Shown here: positions 1 through 13,352 of the stretch, piece after piece
How the letters are laid out: each line of letters opens with the position of its first letter
Numbering within the stretch: position 1 is the first letter of the stretch
DNA from: Tubiluchus corallicola
Taxonomy: Eukaryota > Animalia > Priapulida
Assembly (NCBI GenBank): GCA_030141605.1
Contig: JAQGDQ010000158.1
Location: 1-64,000 of the forward strand
Direction of reading: 5' to 3'
Length of the DNA: 64,000 nt
The notes under the pieces: model-generated
Told to the model about the DNA's origin: nothing
The model's input: only the letters and a program-made list of their open reading frames with translations
The model's database searches: none
Translations under genes and position numbers: made by a program

Positions 1-167
1 TTTTGATAAAGAACCTCACTAGGTATGTAATATATACAACTAATAACTCATGAAGTTGTAACACACAAAAGCATTGGGTTATAAAAAGGGCAGCACGTTA
101 ATGGACATGCGTATATCGTGACATATTTGTATAGACAGAATTTCCGTCTAACTACGTGGATATACCC

Positions 168-323
168 TTTTGCACAAGATTTGCTAACTATGGTATTGCT
201 TTACCGTTTTGTACAAGACTTGACAATTATGGTATTGATATACAGTTTTGCACAAGATTTGCCAACTATGGTATTGATATACCGTTTTGCACAAGATTTG
301 CCAATTATGGTATTGATATACCG
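168..323. repeat. 39-bp minisatellite, 4 copies
   Basis: Unit ttttgcacaagatttgccaactatggtattgatataccg. Confidence 0.9.
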
Positions 324-1143
324 TCGTGCGTTTTTGATATTTAAAGCATATCTAAGGAAAAGAGGTGACACGTAAATATTTAACAGCTGCAATGACACTA
401 TATTTTAAAACGTTTTGGTAGTTTTTTAAGTGCGTGACAATTAAAAGAATTATTTATTAGTTATCCAGGGAGTATTTTTATCTTTATAATTACAATGTTT
501 ATCCTTAACTATTGAAAAATGAGTATATCTAGCCTTTCCAATAAATTTATTAAAAATTTGATAATCAACACGAACATTCAGATAGCTTAAATGGTTAGTA
601 AAATCAACGTTTCCCAGTTAATGTGCAAGTTATAAAATGCTTTCGTCTGGCATTTTCATATACTCATATATTTAATTGGTTTGCTTTCCTGCGTTTAGGG
701 ATATTTAAGTTCAAAAGTAACAAAATGAGATATGTGATCAGAAAACTGATTGTAAAGATACCGGTGGCACTGAAATGGCTGAAAAATCAAAGTAATTGGT
801 AAGCCAAATTGGTAAATCAAAGTAAGCCCAATTTTGGTATTTGACTCTTCTCTCAACCTGCACATTCGTTGCTTGTAAACTAGGCAGCCATTATCTCCGT
901 GCCCACACAACGTCAACACTCGTGTCCTCAATGTCCGACGTACGTCAGCGTCTCTGAACAGAAATGACAGCCACGCATGTCGCAAATCAAGGTTGAGAGT
1001 AATAGTCGAGTAGTCATACCGTGTGTTTTACGACCGAAGGTCAGACTAATCAGGTAATTGCTGGGTGACCACCAGGTTTAAGTTTAATCTTAGTCTTGGA
1101 TCAGCCTTAATAACAAGCAAGGTTCTGGATTCATTCAGATTAA

Positions 1144-2896
1144 GTATACCTAGTTCAGTGCTGGATTATGACTTCCCGAGTGCTCAGGTGTATACTTAGT
1201 TCAGTACTGTATTATGACTTCCCGAGTGCTGAGGTGTATACTTAGTTCAGTGCTGGATTATGACTTTCCGAGTGCTGAGGTGTATACTTAGTTCAGTGCT
1301 GGATTATGACTTCTCGAGTGCTGAGGTGTATACCTAGTTCAGTGCTGGATTACGACTTCCCGAGTGCTGAGGTGTATACCTAGTTCAGTGCTGGATTATG
1401 ACTTCCCGAGTGCTGAGGTGTATACCTAGTTCGGTGCTGGATTACGACTTCCCGAGCGCTGAGGTGTATACTTAGTTCAGTGCTGGATTACGACTTCCCG
1501 AGTGCTGAGGTGTATACTTAGTTCAGTGCTGTACTATGACTTCCCGAGTGCTCAGGTGTATACTTAGTTCAGTGCTGGATTATGACTTCTTGAGTGCTGA
1601 GGTGTATACTTAGTTCAGTGCTGGATTATGACTTCCCGAGTGCTGAGGTGTATACCTAGTTCAGTGCTGGATTATGACTTCCCGAGTGCTGAGGTGTATA
1701 CCTAGTTCGGTGCTGGATTACGACTTCCCGAGCGCTGAGGTGTATACTTAGTTCAGTGCTGTACTATGACTTCCCGAGCGCTGAGGTGTATACTTAGTTC
1801 AGTGCTGTACTATGACTTCCCGAGTGCTCAGGTGTATACTTAGTTCAGTGCTGGATTATGACTTCTCGAGTGCTGAGGTGTATACCTAGTTCGGTGCTGG
1901 ATTATGACTTCCCGAGTGCTCAGGTGTATACTTAGTTCAGTGCTGGATTATGACTTCTCGAGTGCTGAGGTGTATACCTAGTTCAGTGCTGGATTATGAC
2001 TTCCCGAGTGCTCAGGTGTATACTTAGTTCAGTACTGGATTATGACTTCTCGAGTGCTGAGGTGTATACCTAGTTCAGTGCTGGATTATGACTTCCCGAG
2101 TGCTCAGGTGTATACTTAATTCAGTGCTGGATTATGACTTCCCGAGTGCTGAGGTGTATACTTAGTTCAGTGCTGGATTATGACTTCTCGAGTGCTGAGG
2201 TGTATACCTAGTTCAGTGCTGGATTATGACTTCCCGAGTGCTGAGGTGTATACCTGGTTCAGTGCTGGATTATGGTTTCCCGAGTGCTGAGGTGTATACC
2301 TAGTTCAGTGCTGGATTATGACTTCTCGAGTGCTGAGGCATATACCTGGTTCGGTGCTGGATTATGACTTCCGGAGTGCTGAGGTGTATACCTAGTTCGG
2401 TGCTGGATTATGACTTCCCGAGTGCTGAGGTGTATACCTAGTTCAGTGCTGGATTATGACTTCCCGAGTGCTCAGGTGTATACCTAGTTCGGTGCTGGAT
2501 TATGACTTCCCGAGTGCTGAGGCGTATACCTAGTTCAGTGCTGGATTATGACTTCCGGAGTGCTGAAGTGCATACCTAGCTCAGTGCTGGATTATGACTT
2601 CCGGAGTGCTGAGGTGTATACCTAGTTCGGTGCTGGATTATGACTTCCCGAGTGCTGAGGTGTATACCTAGTTCAGTGCTGGATTATGACTTCCCGAGTG
2701 CTCAGGTGTATACCTAGTTCGGTGCTGGATTATGACTTCCCGAGTGCTGAGGCGTATACCTAGTTCAGTGCTGGATTATGACTTCCGGAGTGCTGAAGTG
2801 CATACCTAGCTCAGTGCTGGATTATGACTTCCGGAGTGCTGAGGTGTATACCTAGTTCAGTGCTGGATTATGACTTCCGGAGTGCTGAGGCGTATA
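1144..2896. repeat. 46-bp minisatellite, ~38 copies
   Basis: Unit gtatacctagttcagtgctggattatgacttcccgagtgctgaggt, head-to-tail with no spacers. Confidence 0.96.
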
Positions 2897-3232
2897 AAAC
2901 GTGAACTCCAAATCCGTAATTATGCAAGAAAGTGCCCTATAAAGCGCCCCTAATTGCACGTGAAGGCATAAAGTTATTGCTTGTCCGTTCCGTTTCTGAC
3001 CGGACTAACAATAAAATGGTTACTCTTCTAGTGAGCTATAAGTTCTGGTTTCGCCATAATATTTCAGATTGAATATGCCCGTCACAGAGAGCTGAAGTGT
3101 CTAAAAATGTTGTATTAACTGCAGATACCTAATGAAGTAATCTTGTAATATGCACAGAAAACCTTTCTTAACTGTATGCATAATCTAAAGTACATTAACC
3201 ATTTTTGCCTAATCAAATAAGAAAATACTTAC

Positions 3233-6200
3233 ACTTCGTCTTCGTTGATAAAAAATCTAAAATCGTTTCCATCAATGAAAAGCAGGATATCGTTGGTGAA
3301 TTGATCCGTGTCGTCATTAGCGTAGGAGATCAATGCTTGGTCATCTACGTTAGGATCTGGTTTCACCCACTGAAAGTATATTTAAACTATTAATATATGT
3401 AGCAACTGATAGCATATTGCTAAAAAGTCAACTTCTCTACACTTTTACTTCTTCTGCAAGTTTTAGTATGATGCTTTTGTACTTTGTCCATGACAATACA
3501 CGTACAGCCTGACCAAACTCAAATGTTTTCTAGTGAGTGTTTGGAGGAAACAGCGCAGTAGAACTATGGCGACAAGCTGAAATTTTCTGATTAAATCACA
3601 ATGAAATGCGGTTGAAAGTTACGTCATGCTAAAGAAATTATACTACACGGAATAATTGTTGAAAGTGTTGGCGATTAATTAAAGTTCGGATCCTTGCGAG
3701 GACGTGGCTTTCCATGCGGACGCAGTGGAAACGACAAGGGCGTAAAACAATGATTTGCAAAGGCGCGCTGTAACATAAAAATTTTTCCGCGGGAGTCATA
3801 CAGAATAAATCCGTATCTGCACGTGTCTGTGCGGACGCAGTGGAAGCGCGGCCTTATAAGCCTTTTCACAGTTTCGTTGTGCTCACGCATAGTTGCTGTA
3901 GGTCAAAGGTTAAGTGTACCTCAGCAACGCGTCTTAACAACAACCGTCACGTGACATGTATGTAAAACAAAGACGTTTCCCACATCAGTTCAGTAACTTT
4001 AGTTGGTTCACGCAAATTTTACTTAATTAGTTTGTGCGCAGAACAAGCTACGGAACACGTTGTTGGGAACTTGTTGCTTGGAAAAAAGAAAAAATGAACT
4101 AGGTAAATTTCTAGCAACCTGTTAAAACTATCAGTATTACAATAGCTTTGGCTGCGAAACGTTGTCAAGTGTACTGGAATGCGTTGTCTAGTACACTTAA
4201 TCTTTGACCTTTTCATGGTCATCATCAATCGCTGGAACTGTGCAAAGTCTTCTGCAGACACAAATAGAAGCATGCTATGCAAAATGCTCAAGTTTACCAG
4301 GCTGGAAGCTTCGAATAAACTTGTTATTTTGTTAAAAATGAACCTGGACTTTTGCATTATGGCACCATAATGAAGTCAAAATACAACCAGTAGGCGATTG
4401 TTTTTCACAAGGTCAGAAACTGAAGATTTTGCCAGGTGGCGTTGTTTTATCACCCAGAGCTCTTCAATTGGTGAGTTTGATAAGCCTCAATTGTCGAAGT
4501 TATAGAAAGAATGAGAAACGTCAAATGACCTTGATCCTTTCACTTACGTACACCTAATTTGCTGCACAAAACTTACTGTAGATATTCAACCCGTAAATTA
4601 CATTACTTCCAGGGCTGCAATTCTCAAGCCATTAGAACAAAAGGCTATAGCAGAATACAACAAATACTTATTGTGTCCAAGATCGCAGGCGCGCTACACA
4701 GTTGTTTCAATCAACCTTCAAGGTACCAGCAAAACAAGTCTGAGGACTCTAGCTCTTGTACTTTTCTAATTACTGACACAACCATGGTTTATCGGGTGAC
4801 TTAACACGTCATTAATATCACGTGACTTGACATCACTCCCTTTCTGAAAAATACTTAATCCGCATGTACCTAATCCTATTAAGAAGACTGATGAAGCCTT
4901 TCTTCCTAATTTTCATTGTTTGGCTCCAATCATGCATTCCTTTAAAAAGCCACAGGTCCACAGCTATATGACAATACCTCAGTATATAAGAAAAAAATTG
5001 AATTTAACTCGGAGTATATGGAAGTTGTAAAATGAATAAAAAAATTAACTTTGACTCCTCACCTGTATCAGGCCCTTAAGGAGTATCGGTTTTTTTAAAG
5101 CACAGATGCACGTTTGCACAGCTACATCCAAAAACTTGTGAAAAAATTTCTAATTGAATCAAAGTCTAGAAAGAGATGCTGTTCAAAATAACTGACTAAC
5201 GCCCTGATTTTCATAGTCTGGCACCTAAGTCGGGCCCTTTAAGAATCTCAGTTTAAAAAACAGGTACATATCTAACCCACGTACCTAAGTACCTGTGTAA
5301 AAACTTTCACTTTAAAAAAGCCCTCGGAGGCGATGCTGTTCAAAGAAAAACTGACCGATCTTGATCTTTTGACTGAAGAGGTCAATAGGCTGTCGTCATC
5401 TCCCCACTCAGGGCTACCCACCCTGCGAGTTTTGTGATCCCAGCTTGCACATTTTTGGGGTGATTAAGCAAAATGCTGGGCATAAAGAGCTTGATATGTG
5501 CAGTGAAATTCAAGAAGATTTGGCTATGGAAAATCTTAGAGGAAAACAGGACGATTTTTAACATCCTACCCCATTTTGAAGTAGAGTGAAAAGCACACAT
5601 TTTAACAACTATAATAATACCAACACGTTTTTGATGATTAAATAATAGATTAAACATTTAATCAACGGCGGCGGAAGCCTAACTAATGATGACATCCTAA
5701 ACATAATTTTCAACAGCAAAAATATTCCATGAGGGTGTTTGCGAAAGCGAAAGTTCAGTGGTACTGTGCAGCATTTAATGTGATTCACCAAAACTCATGG
5801 AATATTTTTAAGTTTTAAGTTTAAAATTTTTAAGTTTTAAGTTCAAAATTTTAACGTAAATTTAACACTCTACCTACTCACTCGAATGTGTGAATTACAA
5901 CACAACCGAACAGAGTCTGAACTGAGAGGTACATTGCCAGTTTTCGTGCAACACATTTCATAGATGCATGAGCTGGTACCCATCTAACTAGTGAATGGCA
6001 AAATTTATGTAACAGCGAAAAACTAGTGGCACAAGCGCAAAATTACGTTTATGTGGCAATAATTCTTTCACGCAAGCCATTCTTGAAAAAATACTTTATA
6101 TTTTATAGATTAGATTGTATTGAGCTGTTATTTGATATTGGGTCCGGTTTTTCTTTATTTGTATTTGCATAAGTCCTATATTACCCGTATATCAGCTTAT

Positions 6201-9200
6201 TTCTAATGCACTGTTTCTTCTGCAACCCCAGGTATTATGAATTCTTAAAGATAGTGAAAGTCACTAGCTTAGTTATTATTCTACAATAATAAGAACGTGG
6301 GTGAGCATCGAACGTTCGAGTTCGATTCGAACGAGTTTTATTTAGTTCGAATTCGATTCGAACCTAAAACTATAGATTCGAAAAATTCAGCACTTCAACC
6401 ACATACGTTCTTTATCAGTAAAACGTTTGAAACGTCACGCAATTAGCGTGATTAACTGTGATTTCTGCGTCCAATTTTTAAACAAATTATTAGTGCTTTC
6501 ACTGCAGATCAAATCGAGTAATATGCATGATCTTTGTAATTTTTGTTGGTGGTTCAAAAACTTGTTCGAAAATCTTTCGATCTCAATTCGAATTCGATTG
6601 TAATTCGAAATACTGAAGTTTGGTTCGATTCTGATTCGAAAGTCACAAATTCGATTCGATTCGAATTAGCTTTCTAATAGAGAATGCTCATACCTAATGA
6701 AAACGTGTGGCCATAGTGTTAATAACATCAATCCGAAATCTAAATTTTTGCAAAGCACAAAAAAGAATTTCGACTTAGCAGCTCCCATGCTACAGTCACC
6801 TACGAATTACCAAAACGGTGCAATCAAAATGTAAACCTGGTCTGTCAGCCCAAGCACCGACACGAGCCTGTTATTGTTGACCCTTATCGTCAGCAAACAA
6901 AATGTCTAAACTTCCCCTTTCGTTGTGACTTTCCTAACTTAGTAATCAGCAAAGTCACTTACTTGTATTAGTTTATTTAATAGTGTCCACTTTGGTATAA
7001 ACCAAGGTCGTCTTATTTTTGGGCAGAAGAGACTTCATTGGTTGTTTTTGCTCAGCAATGCAATGTTATTATTGGCTGATCTAAATATGCTTGAATATGC
7101 GCCATAAATTATGACTTAAATGTGCTGACCTAAAACAACCAACGAAATCGCTTCCGCCTAAAAATAAGACGGCCTTGGTTTAAACTAATATAAGTAAGGT
7201 ATGTTAAGTCGTCCGTTACATAAAAATACGTATAATTTAACCTCTTTACCGACTAAAAATTAACAAAGTGAAATAAAATAAGTAAAAAAAACTTTTTACT
7301 CAAAACACGGCCACAAGAATGTAGTCTTACCTGACATGACGTAAATTGTGTAATATCCTGTGTGGGCGTATTTAGTTTTATGTAATCAGTTGTCTGTTGA
7401 GCCGCAAATACGACCATGAAACCTTCGCAAGCCGTAAATGTCGCTGCAATTAAAAACGTCTATTTGAGATAGAAAACACATTGCCAAAATCATCAATAAC
7501 GTTCAACATGGTCGTTATCTTTGTCATCTTTTATCATGACCATCATCATCGTTATGACTACAGTTGACGTGGTCATCACCACTACTGTCATAGTAATGTG
7601 CTTATTTTAATTCTGAGTCGGTTCGATGAGTGTACTATCTTTTAAGCATTGCGTTAAATGATGCAGTCGAATGTCTTTTCCAAATAAAAGTTTGTGCAGA
7701 TGCAGAATTCCAAATGCAGCTTCATTTGTTGAGAAGTTAGTTCATAAATTGCCTTATATTCACTCACCATCGGTCAAAAGGTCCTGAGTGTCCAAAATAT
7801 TCTCCCTTTTCATCGAATCCTTGTTGATTGCATTCCATTCTTCATAAAGAAGCTCCTGTAGTTTCCTATGGTGGTTCTCTTTTTCAATGAAATAACTTGC
7901 AGGCGAATAATAGTGCTTATCATGCGGTAAGAAATGTTTTTCAGAATGTGGCTGTGCATGACCTTCCTCTTCATACGTTTGTGGTTGTTGTCCCTGTTTT
8001 GGCCATACATGTTGGGGTTCAGGCCACACATTTTGACCACGAGCAGTCCGTGGTATTGTCTCTGTCAACTGCTGTTTTTTTGGCTGCCGAAAGTTGCTGG
8101 ATTTCACATCTGAATAAGAGATACAAAACACAAGTGGAAGATCAGAACATTTTATTGTGAGAATATGAAAAACACTAATGTAAAATTAATAACGAATATA
8201 AGTGAACTAATTACCCGCTTTTAGCACACCACGAATCAAATTGTCCATGAAATTAGCATCTATATTACTCTATATTACATCTATATAACAAGAAAACGGC
8301 TACATGTCATTATTTTTAAATGTCGCATTCACCCTGTTATACTTATAATTAATTGACTCATGTCTAAACAGTGAAAGAATTTTTGATAATAGAAATGGTA
8401 GTTATTCTTTTTTAACCTAAAAAGTACCTAAGCGCATGCACACTTATTTTAACCACTCTGACAATAGTCGGAGTCTGGATAAAGCGTTTAGTGGGGTCTT
8501 TTCTCCTGTCTGTCTGTCTATCTGTCTGTCCGTCCGTCCGTCCGTCCGTCCGTCTGTCTGTCTGTCTCTCTGTCTGTCTGTCTGTCTGTCTATCTGTATG
8601 CCTCTCCAAATAATGAAATATAAAATAGGTGAAGTGACGAGCACAAACTTGGTAAAGGGAATCGGTCTGTGCAAAAGTTAGAAATCCATTGATTTTGAGT
8701 TCAAAAGCTCAAACATCGAAGACACAAGATAAAAAGTGACTATAAAAACAAAACAAACAAAATTAAACTTGAGACTGGTATAGGACCGGGCAAGACTTAC
8801 GGAAAACCTACTAGCCCACTACGAACTACGGGCTTTTGCTTTTGCTGAAGGTCAATTCAAACACGTGACTCACAAAGGTCAAGATCAAAACAAACTTTCA
8901 CATCACTCGAGTGCCTACTTGTGCTTTTGAATCTCCCCTGCACTCACCTTTTATATAATGGTCAAACTGTCCGATGGTCTTGGGCGATCTTGGTTGTTGA
9001 TTACGCTGCCATGAATACGCATTTTCACGAACTTCTATACCTGTCACCCAATTTGTGCATGTCACAGTGCACAATGTCTAAAATATAATCTTTTATATTT
9101 CATACACGTGTTTATTATAATGGACGGGAAAGATTAGAAAAAATATTTAAACTTTGAAGTAACCAGTCAGTTGTATAGCTGAGAAGTTGATAATGGCAGA

Positions 9201-11515
9201 ACAAGACAACTGAGTAACTCACTCACTCACTCACTCACTCACTCACTCACTCATCCGCTTTAATACCTCGTCGCTCCTCCATACAATCCATCTCTCACTA
9301 TTTCACTCACTCACTCCCTCACACACTCACTCATCCGCTTTCATAGCTCGTCGTTCCTCCATACACTCCATCTCTCACTATTTCACTCACTCACTCCCTC
9401 ACACACTCACTCACTCACTCACTCATCCGCTTTCATAGCTCGTCGCTCCTCCATACACTCCATCTCTCGCTATTTCACTCACTCACTCCCTCACACACTC
9501 ACTCACTCACTCACTCATCTGCTTTCATAGCTCGTCGCTCCTCCATACACTCCATCTCTCACTATTTCACTCACTCACTCACTCATCCGCTTTCATAGCT
9601 CGTCGCTCCTCCATACACTCCATCTCTCACTATTTCACTCACTCACTCCCTCACACACTCACTCACTCATCCGCTTTAATACCTCGTCGCTCCTCCATAC
9701 AATCCATCTCTCACTATTTCACTCACTCACTCACTCACTCACTCACTCACTCACTCACTCACTCACTCACTCACTCCCTCACACACTCACTCACACACTC
9801 ACTCACTCACTCACTCATCCGCTTTCATAGCTCGTCGCTCTTCCATACACTCCATCTCTCGCTATTTCACTCACTCACTCACACACTCACGCAGTCACTC
9901 ACTCACTCACTCACTCACTCACTCCCTCACACACTCACTCACTCACTCACTCATCCGCTTTAATACCTCGTCGCTCCTCCATACACTCCATCTCTCACTA
10001 TTTCACTCACTCACTCACTCACTCACTCACACACTCACTCACTCACTCACTCACTCATCCGCTTTCATAGCTCATCGCTCTTCCATACACTCTATCTCTC
10101 ACTATTTCACTCACTCACTCACTCACTCCCTCAGACACTCATCCGCTTTCATACCTCGTCACTCTTCCATACAATCCATCTCTCGCTATTTCACTCACTC
10201 ACTCACTCACTCACTCACACACTCACGCAGTCACTCACTCACTCACTCACTCCCTCACTCCCTCACACACTCACTCACTCACTCACTCATCCGCTTTCAT
10301 AGCTCGTCGCTCCTCCATACACTCTATCTCTCACTATTTCACTCACCCCCTCCCACACACACTCACTCACTCCCTCACACACTCACTCACTCATCCGCTT
10401 TCATAGCTCGTCGCTCCTCCATACACTCTATCTCTCACTATTTCACTCACCCCCTCCCACACTCATTCGCTCAGTGCGGGACAGTCACAACCAATCTTGA
10501 GCTAACATATTTTGCTGTAATACATCCCAAATGTGCACACAGCTTGTATTTTAGAATGGATAAAAATGATAAATATATATTATATATATTTATATAAATA
10601 TTGCTGAAAGTAAGTGTAAAAAATACTTATTTCTGAAATTAAATGTATGTGGCGCAAGATTTTGTTTGAACTCAGCTATATATTTTGTAAGAATGTGCAG
10701 CTGTAGCTTTTCTTATAGCATATTATATCCTTATATTAGATATTTATATTTATGTGCATGTGTGTCTTCATTCATTTATTTTTCTCTTTCTTAGTGTACT
10801 TTTATTTAAAATTTATGTTATGCCTTTTTGCTAAAAACTTATGTTTAATAATAGAGAAAATTAAATCATTCACTAATTCATTTACCCACCCACTTAGTCG
10901 CTTACTCATTCGCTCATTCATTCAATCACGCACCCCTTCATTCTTTTGCTTTATTCTACAAGTCAGTTGGTGAGTCGGTAACGAGTGAGTTAAAGAATGA
11001 GTGAACGACTGATAGGATAAGTATAACATAGTTTTAACCAGATAACAAGATGTAATAAAAATCGCTTATTATATATATATAGGTTTCATTACAACTGTAA
11101 GCTTTCGTTGAATCGACATAGTAAATCTATTTAACGTAGCTTGAAGCGTTGATGTAGTTTGTGTTGACTATCAAACATAAGATACGCTGATTGACTTAAT
11201 GAATCAAACACATTCATGGATACTAGTTTTATGAACCAGACAGGATATAAGATATGTAAAGAGGAGTTAAATATATACATATCTTATATCCTGTCTGGTT
11301 CATAAAACTAATATTTATGAATGTGTTTGATTCATTAAGTCAATCAGCGTATCTTATGTTTGATAGTCAACATAAACTACATCAACGCTTCAATGTACGT
11401 TAAATAGATTTACTATGTCGATTCAACAAAAGTTTGCGGTTGTAATGAAACCTATTCACTTAGCGATCATTGTTAACTAAATACTTACCAAGATAACACC
11501 TGACAACAACATCAT
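3233..11515 (-). CDS. Secreted long-pentraxin-like protein, 5' part; exons 11489-11515, 8948-9077, 7768-8109, 7331-7443, 3233-3369; remainder not identified, probably left of the window
   Basis: All GT-AG with phases 0, 1, 1, 0, 2. Signal peptide MMLLSGVILTLCTVTCTNWVTG, a Q/H/P/E-rich spacer, then VVFAAQQTTDYIKLNTPTQDITQFTSCQWVKPDPNVDDQALISYANDDTDQFTNDILLF, matching the pentraxin N-terminal pattern F...T.YV.L...FT.C.W...SYA...N(E/D).L. Confidence 0.8.
5530..6160. mobile_element. Dispersed non-autonomous DNA-transposon-like repeat; related copy at ~40878-41345
   Basis: Visible similarity between the two loci (atttaatcaacggcg/cttaattaacggcg, gatgacatc, aactagtggcac, ttgggtcc); the second copy is bounded by TTAA. 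Confidence 0.55.
6297..6695. mobile_element. MITE-like element with TTCGA-rich subterminal repeats
   Basis: Imperfect TIRs gggtgagcat ... atgctcatacc; clustered ttcga/tcgaa motifs at both ends. Confidence 0.6.
6998..7182. mobile_element. Short MITE / imperfect inverted repeat (~60-bp arms)
   Basis: taaaccaaggtcgtcttatttttgggc ... gcctaaaaataagacggccttggttta. Confidence 0.7.
8507..8598. repeat. (TCTG)n/(TCCG)n microsatellite
   Basis: Seen directly. Confidence 0.9.
9217..10465. repeat. Compound repeat: ~50-bp unit alternating with variable (CACT)n tracts
   Basis: Recurring catccgctttcatagctcgtcgctcctccatacactccatctctcactattt separated by (cact)n. Confidence 0.92.
11079..11455. repeat. Long near-perfect palindrome (~180-bp arms, 17-nt loop)
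   Basis: Arm 11079-11258 is the reverse complement of 11276-11455 with only scattered mismatches. Confidence 0.93.
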
Positions 11516-13189
11516 GCGTATTTAAGGTTTGTCTTTAACTGATAACAAAGTTACTAAGAATTATTCTTTTAGATTCTTTTGTATACAAACGCGACCCAAG
11601 TACACGTTTAGGACACCAGCTATTATGCTATTTCCTGATAGTTTTTAACATTTTTATACCGATGCAAGGTTGGTTTATGGACTAATGCATAACTAGGTAA
11701 CAAATTTGTATGCAGTCTTCCGCTTGGGCTTAGGAAACGTTAAAATCGAAGCTCATCTAAACTCTTTTCAGTAAAGGTTTTTGTTTAGCAGTGCCCAGTA
11801 CACCAACTGCTGATTCTTTAGATACCAAACAATAAGACTGCTCCCCAGTTGAACAATGGTGAACACCATCACGGGAAGTTAAACAACAATAGCACAAAGT
11901 TTGTCCAGTTGGCCACTGCTGATCTCACGCTAAGCCTATAATGAACCCGTATACACGTGTGTACTTTCAAATAACAGGCTATAAGATTAATTGTTAAAAT
12001 ATTGGAACAAAATCAACCAACAGATGCCGTAAAACATGAAACACGCAGTCACTCAATAATATGTATGTTATCACACTTTCTAATCAGTAGAATCACATTT
12101 TGTTTTCACTCATTAAAACAGCTGTGGGAAAGCAACCAAGCTTTAAAGGAAAGAACAAGACACTCTGTATTGTGGGTTTATTTTACTGTTATCACTTAAA
12201 CTTAGAAAAATATAACAAAGAAATTTGCAATCTGCCAGTAAAGCACAGATATAAAATACACTATCTCTGAATAGAAATTTTCAGGCGCGGTAGTTGCCGC
12301 CATTCACTTTAAAATCATGACTTGGTAATTAGGAGACTTCGTGAATTTTCGTAAGCGCATCGTGGTTTTGCGTAAGCGCACGCAGCTTAAACTAATTCAA
12401 ACTTCTGCAGCTTATCTAATGTTGACGCAAAACAAATATTACAAAATTTGCTATCTATTTTTTTTGTAAAAACTTATCATACTTTTGATGAAGATTGACG
12501 GTGCACTAGTTTTTCTGCAAGACGAATGACGTCATTAGAAGAAAAATGGGCATTGAAAATGGGAGCGCCCAAGCATGAACAGATCGCTACTTTAAAGTGA
12601 TTTTACTAGTTACACGAGGTGTTTATTGTGGATTACTAAATGATTCTAACAATTTTCACGGACACTGAAATAAGCGTAACCTCCTAAAAGGCTTGGCCTT
12701 TCCAACGAGTGCATTACAGCGTTTTTTCACGCTTTAAAATGACCACCGGGTTGATTATTCTCACCGCTGCAATTGCTGTTACATTTCTTATCACTTGTTA
12801 AAGTGGAGATAATCAAGTCGAAAGCCTAAACGCTTTTTTTCCAAATAAGATTGATAGACAGTTAGGGATAACCAAATCTCTCTAAATGGACTGGTAAATA
12901 GGTAGATAGAAAGGGAAGCTTTCCGCAATGATACTCACAATAGGAAAAAAGGTGTAGATAGAAAGATAGAGCTGTTAGTAAATGAAAATTGACAGCACAC
13001 AATAGGTTGATGGGCAAGTACGTAAGTAGGTAGGTAGGCTGTACGGGCAGGACGACAGGAGGCCTGAATAGGCAAATAGATATGCATAGAAACAGACAAG
13101 TAGACAGGTGAAAAGAATGGCAGATAAGATGGCAAATGAACAAACAGGTATAATGCCTAAGTGTTGTGCAAATTTATTGCGCAAGTGCT

Positions 13190-13352
13190 ACTGCCCAAAT
13201 GTCCACTGCCATAGTCACATCTGGCTATGCCTCTGCCCAAAAGGTCTATAATGCCCAAATATCCACTGTCCAAATGCCCACTGCCATAATCACCTCTGGC
13301 TATGCCTCTCCCCAAAAGGTCTATAATGCCCAAATATCCACTGTCCAAATGC
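13190..13352. repeat. 75-bp tandem duplication (~2.2 copies)
   Basis: Repeated ctggctatgcctct...caaaaggtctataatgcccaaatatccactgtccaaatgcc. Confidence 0.85.

Noticed and set aside
858-953. Candidate sixth exon of the pentraxin-like gene (minus strand, 96 nt, phase 2->2, DADVRRTLRTRVLTLCGHGDNGCLVYKQRMC)
   Set aside because: Splice sites and phase fit, but the peptide lacks the expected W.HxCx(S/T)W pentraxin signature. Left uncalled pending RNA evidence.
1144-2896. CRISPR-like appearance of the 46-bp array (and of the 40-bp array at 23956-26894)
   Set aside because: Units are head-to-tail with no unique spacers, there are no cas genes, and the context is eukaryotic introns.
3690-3858. Possible Harbinger-like MITE end (gcggacgcagtggaagcgcggcc-tta, with an internal direct repeat)
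   Set aside because: Only one terminus is visible; no matching TIR or TSD was found.
4019-4804. ORFs and AG/GT pairs inside the pentraxin-like intron
   Set aside because: No recognisable domain, and the flanking exons join directly as FTSCQ-WVKP, leaving no need for extra exons.
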